Below are positions 19,801 to 31,800 of a DNA stretch of 64,000 nucleotides, in pieces; within the stretch, counting starts at the first letter, position 1; every line of letters starts with the position of its first letter. The notes under the pieces are model-generated. The model saw only the letters and a program-made list of their open reading frames with translations, searched no databases and was not told the origin of the DNA. Position numbers and translations under genes: made by a program. The stretch is taken from contig DF237076.1 of the NCBI GenBank assembly GCA_000708835.1, forward strand, positions 62,001 through 126,000, read 5' to 3'. The stretch comes from Klebsormidium nitens (lineage: Eukaryota > Plantae > Klebsormidiophyceae).

Positions 19801-22800
19801 GGAGCAAGCGGAGATCCCGAAGGGGAGATAATCAGCCACTGAGATTGTCATCACAGATCATGTACAAACCGGGCACTGCGCTTGACTGGATCATTGACCA
19901 TTGAAAGGTCACCAGGGCAGCAGATTACCAGCATTCACTTCTCTCGAAATCTCATCAAAGCTTCGCATTTACCTCGCTCCCTTGAAGCGCGTCTCTGGCT
20001 ACCACGTCCACAAGCGCAGTCGCTTCGTTTCTCAGCACCGCATAGTTCCCTTGCATCAGCTCGTTTTGTTCTCGTTGAATCCGCTCAACGTCTGCAGCCT
20101 CGTCGGAAGACCCGTCCTCCGGAAGAAGAACCTTCATGACCGAACTTGGAACTTCGCGGTTGGCTACGCCCCGGGAGTATTGGAGGAAGCTTAGGAGCGT
20201 GGTGTAAAGTCTGTAGAAAGGAGGACAGGAAGAGTTGGTTCGTAAATCAAATTACCCAAATTTTCACCTCGGCTCTCCCCTCCAAAGTACAAACAACGGC
20301 AGAAGTTGCAACACCGTTTCTGCAAACAAAATAGTTGTTCACGGGACTTCAAGCACAGTCCCAGGTACAGGCTAAAAGTTCGTTGTTTGGCTCATTCTCT
20401 CGTTTGTAGAACGTCAAGATTTCACTCCAGCATTCTTCGTCCAGCTTCAAATGGTAGACATACCTCCGCTTAGATCAACGTTCTGATAAACACGTGGTCT
20501 AGACGATCTCAACTATACTTTAGGCGGCTTTTTATCACACCACCGTCACAAACATGATACACTCGCGTAAGCATAAGACGTTCAGAAGTCCAATGTGGTC
20601 GGACATCAAAGAGATGGCAAAAATCGTTGGGCACTCTTTGATATACAGAGTAAAGTTACCGCGGATGCCTCTTGACGACTTCAGTGAGGCGGGCCCAATT
20701 TCAATCAGGTTGTGTATTGAGTGGCAGGTGAAACATCTGCAAGTGCGACGGCTATGGTCATTGTTTGGCTCCGATGAGCACCTTTGAAGAGGTTCCGACA
20801 AAGGAAAAGGTGAGCACCGTTGAAGCAATTCTGACAGAGCAGATCTTAGCTGCTCTATCCACCAAAGCAAAAAGGTGTGCAAAACGGAAGCTACAGTAAA
20901 AACTCGAGGCAAGGGACGTAGCACTTGATATCAATTTTTTGTAAGATTGGTTCCAAACAAAGATAATGTGCTCTTTGTACCATTGAACAATAGGAAAAAT
21001 ACGGTGCGGTTGAATAATTTATATAGGGGGGAAATAATCAATACGTAGGGAGGTGGATAATAATGTGGTGTAGGATTTCAGGGTCGGCAAAACGTGCCAA
21101 CCCTATTGGGGGGTTACAAAGATTTTGCCGGCCATATGTGTTGATTTCCATACAGCACACGTCGACTGACGCGCGTGGCATACGAAGCCAACCGGCCCTT
21201 TTTATGTCGGAACAAGTCGATTTACGAAAATTTATACCGTCGCAAATCGTGCGGTCTTGTGGGTATGCGACCGTCGATGCTCACCGACGGTCCAAGCGAG
21301 GCCATCGGACGGTCGATAATCCTCGACCGGAGTCGAAATGTCGAGACCAAAGTCAAAATATTACACGGCGAAAATGAGGAAGGCCTCGGCCAAACTTGCC
21401 GTCGCCTGCATCACAAATTTTGAATTTCCGCGGAATTGGAAGCCCAGAACCCATCTTTGAGGGTCAAGCAATTCAGCACTTCTCAAGTGGGAAATGTTTC
21501 TGCCTTTGCAAATCTGTGAAGTAGGAACTTCCACAATACGACGCGAGGAAATAATCAATTAACTACCTTTGGAGCAGCTCAGCTGTACCAGGTCTCCTAG
21601 ACTCCGCCACCAGACTCTTATGAGGGAAAACGACCCAGAAAAACACTCCTTTCTAAAAAGCATTGTCCGTTGCGGCCTTCAAATCAACAGCTAAAAATCT
21701 AGGTCACGTGAGCTTATCTCAATGGTGAACAAAAGCGTTGAGGTTCAGTAGACCTCCAGTATCAAATCAAACCCAGAAACGTGCAAGGGACTGTTAATCG
21801 GGTCAGCCCTAACCCACCTCCGGTGCTTTGCGAATGTCGGGTTGGACACAAAGTGCCACACCAGTCTCTTGAGCAGGGCGTGTCTCAGCGCTTACAGAGA
21901 CTTCGGTCAGCCGTGACCGACCCTCGCTTTCAAAAGCAGCTCGCTGGTTGGACGCTCAGCGTGACTGCGCGCCAAGTTTCGAGAAGGGTGCAACTTTCAC
22001 ACTCTCCGAAGTATCATCAGCACCAGAAAGGGGTTAACGGCGAACCCACCTTAAGCTGAGCAGCTATCGTATATCAGGGCGAAACAAAAATCCACGAGGG
22101 AATGCAGTCAACATTAATCCACCTCCGCTTGAGCAGCTCGGAAATGTTGGGCCTGACCTTGACCGCGACAGCTTCTTGAGAAAGGAGTGCCTCGGCGCTT
22201 ACACAATCTCAAAGAACAAAAGTCCCCTAACGGCGTTTTCAGAGAACTGGGTCAGCTATAACCCACCTCCGTTTGAGCAGCTCGGAGGTGTCAGGCCTAA
22301 GAATGACCGTCAGCAGCTTCTTGAGGAGGGCGTGGCACGTGCGGGGCGGCAGCCGGACGGTCGACAACAGGTCCGCGTACGTCACCTCGTCCGAAGTGTC
22401 GCCCCAAACCGCTGACGTCATGCTGTGCTCTTGCAGCTTGGCCATGACCGAAGTAGCGACCTGCGGAAGAGAAACCACCTTGAGCTCATTTTTTCCGAAA
22501 GATCCTCTTTTTGGACATTATACAACAGGATGATACAAATTGTGAGGGTATTGACACTTTCAGCCACGATGTTGAAAATGCACTAAGATCTAATACACTC
22601 CATGACCTGGGCAGTGGTGAGGCCGTTGGAAGAGGCACAGAGAATGAGCGTTGGCCAAACAACGGGTAACCGAGTTCTCTCAATAATCTTGGCTGCATGA
22701 TGTGTATTGCAGACGCTTTGATGGTGGTTTCTTTTGCGCTGCTCAGACTGTAGACAAAGCTTTGGGGTGAGCCACCCTCAGAATCCACCCGGAAAGTCCG

Positions 22801-25800
22801 CTCTGAGTCTCCCCGTTTTCCGAACTGTGACAAAGCACTGGCTCTCTAAACACTTGCCAAATGACAACCATTTGTTAGGTGTGGACCAGGCAACCAAAGG
22901 TAGGCTCAGAAGAGGCACTGCTCCAAAGCCGTACTCTCGTTTTATCCGCAGCTCTCCTACGGCTCTGAGACAAAAACAACATTAGAAACAGGACAGAGCT
23001 TTCAGAACTTGACGTCATTACCTGGCAGATTGGATACGCCAGCTGTACCGGGCAGTCCGGCGCCCCAGCTGCACTCAGGGTGGCGTCGAGCAGCTCCTGG
23101 AGAACGCCCGGGGCGGCTCCCCCGGCCTGGGGGAGGAGCGGGAAGCGCCGGGAGATGGCAATCTGAACAAAGGAAATGGCATGGGAGCTAATGAGTTATA
23201 GATCAGCTTGAGCTGCAGAGTCGGTCAGAAAAGTCCGTGTCAGATGACTGGAACAGTCACAGAGGGGCGCCTCTGCCAGCCTGGGGGGAGGAGCGGGAAG
23301 CGCCGGGAGATGGCGACTTGGATCATAAGCGACGGCACGCGAGCTCTATAAGCGACGGAGCTGTAAAGTAGGTCAGTAGAGACAGCGTCTGGTGATCTTA
23401 TGAGACTGGCTGACTGGATTGGTTACGGAAGGGCGGCTCCTCCGGGCCTGAGGCAAGCGCCGGAAGATGACTACCTGACTCATAAGAGATGGCGTGCGAG
23501 CTTTGGTGTCGTGAATGATTTATTAACTTACAGCGTCGATAGAGTAGTATGTGCCTGGTAACTTCAAGGGATGGCGATCTCGAAAATAGACAAGGGCAGT
23601 TGTACGAGTAGCTTGAGCAGACCTGGAGCGTTACGAATACTGCATGTGTCAAGCTCGCCTGGGAATGTACCCATGTTTACAACGGAGACTGAAGTCCACG
23701 AGAACCGCGTCGAGATCCTGCAGCAGTTTCGCTTTTTTTGAAATGGTAGGCCGGTGAAGGGCCGAAGCAGACTTTTTCGCTGGTCGTCCCAGCAGCTAAA
23801 TGGGATTGCGCTTGGTCTGAATCGCTTGGTTGTCTCTCAAGAGACTACTAAGAGAGTCAAGAAGCCGACATTTCCCCCCTAGCAAACGTTGAAAACAAGG
23901 GCTATCCGTGCGCAACCACTGCCTAATCGTACGCTCTTCCCAAACCTCTACTGAAACATCACCGAGAATGATGTACTCCGGCCCCCTCACTGACCTCGAC
24001 CAGCTGCTGCCAGCCCGTCAGCATGTGAAGCTGCGCCGAACGCTCTTCGACGTACTGATTCTGCTTCCAAGCCCACCGCAGTGTGGCTTGCACCGCCTCT
24101 TTCAGCTCCTCTTGGGTGGAGCTCCCCGCCTGAAGGTTCAGGTACGACTCGAGGCGCTTGTAACCCTGCCCAAGAAAGGGTTAGCACTGGTTAGAAGGAG
24201 GTTTAGTCGTTAAGAGTTACGGGGTTCAATTACAATGCATTTGCGGTTACAATTGCGATAACGGTGCCGCTTACGGATACGAGGGGAACAACTTTGCCGA
24301 GCATTCGCAAGACTTTGGTTTAAGGGTTAACGTCTATACCAACTCCGACGTTGACAAGATTGTCCTGGAACCGTTGGAAAAAGCTTCAACCGTCCGGCAA
24401 GGCAGATGCACTTTTGAAAGCAACAGCAACAACGAGCAGATCACAAGAAATGATCCAAAGAAGGTACTCCCATATCGGACTACACCTACTATTTCATACC
24501 CAAAAACCGATAATCCAGAGAGTCATCATCCGGGCGTCCGAACCTGCATGAGGGCGTCCGAGAGCGCTGCGATGTCGAGCAGGCGGTCGCCCCGTTCCGA
24601 GAAGCGGACCACCCCGCCTTCTTCCACAGAGGCGTCGCTCTCCAGCAGCTCCTCCACTTTCAGCTCGTCGCGCATGCTCTGGACGCCAGGGGAAAGGTCC
24701 CCGGGGGACGGCTCGGGGAGCTGGAAGAGAACGACGTCGAAAATCTCGAGTACCTGGAAAGGAGGTTTTGCTTATTTCGGTGCTTGTTGGGTTTGACATT
24801 TTTTTGTTTTCTTGATTGAAAGAGTGGTTCTCAGCTTTTAGCTCGTCGCGCATGCTCTGGACGCCCGGGGAAAGGTCCCCGGGGGACGGCTCGGGGAGCT
24901 GGAAGAGAACGACGTCGAAAATCTCCAGTACCTGGTGAAGAGAGAGGGAAACGTTTGCTTACTTGGTGCATGTCAGATCTGCGGGTTTTGTCTGTTTTCG
25001 TTAGGGACAAAACAATTGAGCTTGTGCGAATGTCCTGAAGGCCGGGGATAGGACTCCCAGAGGAGGCTCGGGGCCGGAAGAAGCCGATGTCGAAAATCTT
25101 CCGCACCTGGGAATGGGAAAGTGGAAAGTTTGCTTCCCTGGTGCTTCTAACGTTGAATTCAGAATCTTTGAGTATGTGAGGTTGGTAAAATCGTTTGTCG
25201 TAAGAGCGCCGATGGTGTTGACCAGAAACCCCTAGGTTTAACCGGATGATGATGGTAGGGAACTGTAGTCCCAAACAACAAGATTCGACGAAAAGGAACG
25301 AGTCGAATGTATCCAGGTGCCCTTCTCCCACTCACTCTTCACGGCCCTCCAACTAGAGAGGGCCGACAGGACTTTTTACCGACGTGTTGGCATCTACTTT
25401 TATGTCCTTCCTCCGCTCCCCTTTCTTCATCTGTTCCACCTCTTTGATTTGAAAGGCCGAAAACTGAACGGATGAAAGACCTCGATTTATCGCTCCCAAG
25501 CAGAGCGTTCTCACCTTCCGCGTCTGCACCTCCACGTTGATCGCCTCAATCTCCGCCGCGGGCAGCGCGAGCACGTTTCCGCCGTCCTCTTCCTCTTCCG
25601 TTCCGTAGGGCCCCTTCCGGAACAGCCGGCCCAGCAGCCGCCGGCAGCCCTCCTTCTGCTGCTGCACGTCGGCGTCCGCCACGTGGAGCTCCAGGGCGGC
25701 CAGCTTGAGAAGCCACGCGCGCTGCACAAGGAGAGATGTCTAATAAGTACGTTGAGCAATCCTCGCCACAGTGTTCTACATGAGACGACTACCAACTACA

Positions 25801-28800
25801 TGGTTCAAGGTTTTGTTCTGCGCTGAACGTTGAGAAAGCTTGGCAAGTGCGATGGAGCACGGCCAGTTTTACGTCTCAGGTGCGTTGCACAGGCCAAAGG
25901 GATGTCGACTAGGGGAACAGAAACAACACTCTGCTTCATGGGCAATCAGTTTACGTTGAGTCTTGCATACTGTGTACAGTCAGCCTGGATGCTCATCCTT
26001 GATAGAGAGAGGTGTTGGTTTTCTCTCTCTATCCATGCTTTTCGAAAGATAGAAGCATCACCTAGAAAGAGATACTGCTTTTCAAGGTGTCAGTAGCAGT
26101 ACATGACCACTGCTGCAAATCGCGAAACCAAAGCCCCGAAAGAATGCTGCAACTTTGACATGGCTACCGATCGCCGCAACCGACTGCTTCGAATCCTTCC
26201 GCTTGTAGTTACGGGGCAGCAAGACGAAGCTCGTCAGCCAGTGAAAAGCGTCGAATCCGGGGTCGCACCACTAACCTGCTGCAAACTGCTGACTCTCAGG
26301 GCGTGGTAAGCGGTGCGCTTGGGCAGGGGCTCCGAGACGAGCGCGCTCAGGTGCTGCAAAAACAGGGCTCAGATTAGCATCCACTCCTTTGCGCTGGTTT
26401 GGTTTGTCCTCTCGAAATATTACTTCCATCTCTACTTGCAGCTTCTGTCTCCCGATGCCAGAGCGCCTTTCCAAAGTCCTTTTGCAGAAACGTCTTGAAA
26501 TCGCTCTCCACTTGGCTGACAAGGCACCTGCTCGGATCCAATCAGTCTGCGCGCACCTTTGATCACATTTTGTGCAACTCAACTCAACCTAGATTGAATA
26601 CTAGTCCCTCCGCCCCAAAGACTACCTGTTGATCTCCCCGTGCGCAGCTCTTGCTTTGCATTTGAGAGGCACCACGTGGCAGGCCAGAGGAGCGGCACCC
26701 ACCTTGGAGAAGAACTCGTACTTCGGACGTCCGAGGAGCTCGATGACAGGGCCTCGGACGACGGGATCGACGGCGAGCTCGTACATAAGCTGGAAGCCAA
26801 ACTCGTATAAGCGGGGGTTCTCCTCCAGCCTTGGGAGGTTCAGCAGATGGTCGAGGAGGACCCGTAAGGAGCTGCGAGACGACACATAAGCTTTGGTTGG
26901 GACAAGTAGTCGATCAGATTTGCGCTTGAGTGGCTTATGGATGTATGCAAGATGATAAGTACCGGGTATTATCCGCTGACCTGAATTGAGGCGCAGAAGC
27001 AAACGGGCTGAGCCAATCAACATTATGAGGCGTAGCATGCTCTTTTGCAGTGCCGTCAAGCCGTTCGATAGAGCACCGCTGTGTCAACAGCAGCTGCCAG
27101 TGCAAACAACAAAACGGCACCGCTGCCCTGGAAATTGCCGAGTGACCATCATAAGACGGTCAGAAAGCACAAAGCCCGACGCCCAGCTCGTCTGTTGCGG
27201 GTGGCTCGGAGCGTGAAGAAGTGTGGAGGGTTGCCCTTCACCGATAAACGTGTTGCACCCACATTCTAACTCGCCCTCACCTGTGGACGCGGACTGGATT
27301 GAGATACGACCGCTCGACGGAGTGCTCGCAGTCGAAGCCCAACAGAAGATGTGTCACGTTGGGGGCGGGGCGGTCCAGGTTGGAGATCAGAATCTGCATG
27401 GGGAGTCACCCTCTTGCTTCTGAGATCAACGTGATGATTCGAAGGCGCGCTATGTTCCGAGCTGTTGTGCTTCTGGTCATCAACTCCCTGCTCCCTGTTG
27501 ATGTCCTCTCGTTGCTCCATCTACGGACTGGGTTGTTGAACAAGGGCGGGACATGTCAACACTGCAACGTTTCTAGAATGAGGGTGTTTCCAAAGAGGCA
27601 CTGGCCTCAATTGTGCTGCAGAAGAAGCGGAAAAAACAAACATCCATACAGAAAGGGACATGCTACAGCTTCTCCCGACCAACTTGCCAGTATTAGTGAA
27701 AATATTAGTGTAACTTAGTCAGTCTGTTGCTGACTGAAGTTAGTATGATTTAGATGACACTAAAACTGGCAGGTTGGTCGGGAGAAGCTGTAAGACGAAA
27801 GCCTTTGGCTGCGAGGGACAGCGGCGATGGATCAGCGTGAAAATCTCGCAGGAGCGGCAGTTCCCACCTTCAGGATCAGAAACACCGAGTCTTCTTCCGG
27901 ATTTTCAGGCGCCTCCGGTTGGTTCGCGGCGGCTTCCAGGCAGAGCGCGAAATCCTCGATGAGTTGAGGGGCGGCGCCGGACTCCATGATGATTGGAGCG
28001 AGCTGGGCGACGCGCTCGCTGCATAGGACACGTGGCACAGCGCCGTTGGCTGAAAGATCCCAAAATTGAGTGCAAACTTTGTCTGACCACAGGATCTTAA
28101 AACAGAAAGTAGACGTTCGTGGCGCTTCCACTGTTGAGATGCTGAGAGTTCTTGCAAATGAAATCGACTCTTGCACAACGAGATCGAAAGGTCGCCTATT
28201 TCTCCGTGATAATCAATCATCTTCTGTCCACCACCTGAGTCCGACCATACCCTTTCAACTTGACTCAACTTCTGCTTTTGGAGCGTGTCTGTAATGGTAG
28301 ACCCTACCGAAGGATTCGGTTTGAGCTAACGCCCAGAAGCAGAGTGCCTGGTGGCAGAATCCGTGCATTTTGGAGGGTTGTTGACGGTGCCACCGGAAGA
28401 AAGAACCGGGCCCGCTCAAAGACCTCCCGCACAGTCTTCCGCAGCTGCGTCGGCTCCCATGAGAAAAGACTCGAGGGAGTAACGACGAGCCACGATTGGT
28501 CTTTATCTATTGTCATGAGCTTCGACCTATGATCCTAGAAACTTAATTTCGAAACCTGGAAACCAATCTTGGGTCAACGGAGCTTCAAGCTAAGAGCGAG
28601 CCTTGGACTTCTTGGGAGGCATAAGGTCAAGAAATTCGTGCAAGATCCGAAAGTACACTGCACAATTCTCTACAAAAATAGAGATTCGAGATTTAGCGAC
28701 AGTGGTGCAGACTGACGTGTCAAGGTCTCAGCACATTGTAAAACAAGCCGTTGCCCGCGTTCATCAACACCTATATCTCTCATTTCATTTTCCGCGGAAG

Positions 28801-31800
28801 AAAAGTGATCCAGTCGGGCCTTCAAGGCGGGCTCACCTGAGGGTCGTCATGAGGCGCAAGGAGGTCTGCTGGATGTCGACATTGTCCTCGTAGCGCACAT
28901 ACTCTAGGAGGGCCACCACTTGGCGCAGATCGAACGACAGGATCTGGTCGATGCTCTGCAGTAAACAAGAAAAGCCATCTGCTTTTCGTTGCAAACTTTT
29001 CCATGAGAGCTCTGAACGTACATTTCCCGTCACTTGGGCACGCATTGCTTCTCCACTACACTGGGAATAAGAGAAGATTCAGACGCGAAGAATCAAAGAA
29101 AACACAGACTTACCTCCAATTAGCCCGCCACCAGAATCCGCAAGCGTGCGTCTTTCCCCATCGGCGCTGAGCGCCTTAAGGTTTCACTTCAACCCCAGAA
29201 AGACAAAAGCACGGACTTACCTTGGGAAACGGCCGCCAAAATTCCGCAGCGTTCCGCAAGCGCTGCATCTTCCCCCATTGCTTATACCAGCACGCTCAAC
29301 GCCTTAGCTTTCAAACTTTATTGCCGAACGAGAAACACACGGCCTTACCTTATAATCCGGCCGCCAGAGTTCCACAAGCGCAGCGTCTCTCCCCTTTGCT
29401 AGCACCCAGACACTCAGCGCCTTAAGTTGAAAAACGCATCAGACCTTCAAAACGCTCCCAAAACGGGAAAGGACACAGACTTGCCTTATAACCCGGCCGC
29501 CAGAGCTCCGCAAGAGCAGCGTCTTTCCCCATCGCTAGCACCAGCACGCTCAGCGCCAGCCGGACGGCCTCTCCCAACCAGCCCTAGCTTTCAAAGGCTT
29601 CAAAATTTTCACTGCCAGAAGACAACTTCAGGTTTTGATTGCTCAACAACAGAAAATACGGCCTTACCTTATAACCTGGCCGCCAGAGTTCCGCAAGCGC
29701 AGCGTCTTTCCCCATCGCTAGCACGAGAACGCTCAGCGCCAGCCGGACGGCCTCTTCCACGAGCTCCCCGTAAGCCAGGCTCTCGCGCTGGTCCTTGACG
29801 CTGTCGACGCCGGACATGAGCAGCGCCAGAAGGTTGCGGAAAATCACGCGCCCTTGCATCAGATCCTGAAAATGACAGAAGAAGGTGATTTGAGTGCTGC
29901 ATGCTTGAGATGGTCAGCGGTTGAAGAGGCTTTTGACGCCCACTCGATGTTGACGTTGGACATGAGGAGTGACAGAAATTTCTGGAACATCAGGCGGCCC
30001 TGCATCAGGTCCTGCGATGAAGCAAAAGAGACGAAGGTCAAGCGACACAAATGGTCTCGACTTGAACGACGAAGTTCTCGAAGTAGGGTTGCTAAAGCCG
30101 TTCGTAGCAGACGCGTCATGGGTGGCATGCCATAGCACCGGAACATGAGCAGCCCAGCGCTTTGCATCGACACACCCGGCCCTCGCATGCATTCTATCAC
30201 GGGATAAAAGGTCTCCGTTTTGGTGCTCCGTCCGTCAACCCTTAGCTTACTCGTAACCTTCAACAGCTACTATCGCGCGATCTGTACCGGAAACTGAAAC
30301 CGCCTACTGAGAATCTGTGGGTTTGCAAGCTGGGAGAAGAAGTTCCACTCCTGATTCCATTTACAGCTCAGAAATGTTGCTTTCCCCTCCTTCTTGTTGT
30401 CCTTCTCTCGTTGAAGAGCGATACGGTCATGCGCATCTCTTTTTCTTACCTTCATGATTTCAATCCCCGGCGGGGGTGCTTTAGCTGCGTCCGACGTCCC
30501 CAGCGCCTCGCCTTCGGACGGCTGGCCCTGCCGCTGCTCGGATGCATACGCCTGGTCCGCGTCCGAAGGATGGTATACTCGCAGCATGCTGCACCATAAG
30601 ACGACGGAACTATCAGGGCATTTGCAACATAAGACGACTGAAACGTCTAGTGCATATGAAATAAGACGCCTGGAAGACTCGCTGCCTATGCAACTACCCT
30701 CTACCAGGTAACTCCACTTGGTGGAGCGTGTAAGAACGTTCAAAGGCCTTCAGTTTTGAATGTGAACTGGGGTGCAAAGCTTTGGGTGAGCAAAGACTAC
30801 TTCTTAGCACCTCAAATCTGGATTCAGGATTTGCAAAGGCCAGACTGAATCAGCGTGTATGAGTTTCTACTCAGTGGAACGTCCTGAGAAACTTTGCGCT
30901 TCTACCAGACACGGACCCGAGGGGAGCCAACAACTACAGTTTCCAACTTGTAGCAACATACAGGATGTGAGTGGAACAGCTCCGGCTCGTTGGTTACGAG
31001 GTTCACCTTTTCATCCCTGACTGGTAGCATGCTACCATCGAGCGCTTCTCCAGCTGGGTACGTCCCTCATAAACGCAGAGCAGAAACTCGAGCTTCGTTT
31101 CACAATAAGCAGACAAGCTCACCTTTCAAAGTGGCTGAGCGACGCAACAGCGATCCTCCACTTTTCTTCGGGGTCGCTGTAGCCGCGCTGTGCGTAGGGG
31201 CCGAACACATGGTCCCGCAAGAAGCGGAAGTAGGTGCTGTATCTGCATGCACAAGCTCCTTACCGATTCAGCCCATCTGCCAATGCGGCAGAGGACTTGG
31301 GCACGCACGTCTGCCAGACAAATGTATCGTTCTCCAGAATAGGTGTAGTAAGAACAAGTTATAACACTGTGACGGGAAGGGTTAGTATGGGGATTAAAAC
31401 AACTACGGCTGTGGAGCGGGTGATTATTGAATTCAGAATTCTGTAATAGCTTCGTTCTTATAATGACTTGAGCTCACTATAAATACTCTAAAGAAGTATG
31501 ACAAATGTGAGCAACGGCGTAGGGTTGAGTGTGGAGTCTTGCCATTGCAACTCAGAAGAACAGTCCTAAGAAGCTTGCAACGTGGCAGCTTTAGCTTGCG
31601 GCACATTGCGGTCGGATGACGAAGCACTAGACGATCCCATCGTCGCCTGGAAGAGTCGTGCAGGAAGTAGGGACCAGTAAGATTACCATGCTGAAGGATA
31701 CAAGGGAGCTATAGAAGGGCAAAGGTGGTCAAGAAGGAATATTTAGCGTCTACACAAACTGTCCCTATGTGAATGGCTCAGAAGCCGGGCCCGGAAAAAC

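Noticed and set aside
29105-29800. CRISPR-like or satellite array
   Set aside because: The units are diverged copies of an exon end without constant repeat/unique spacer structure, in a eukaryotic context.
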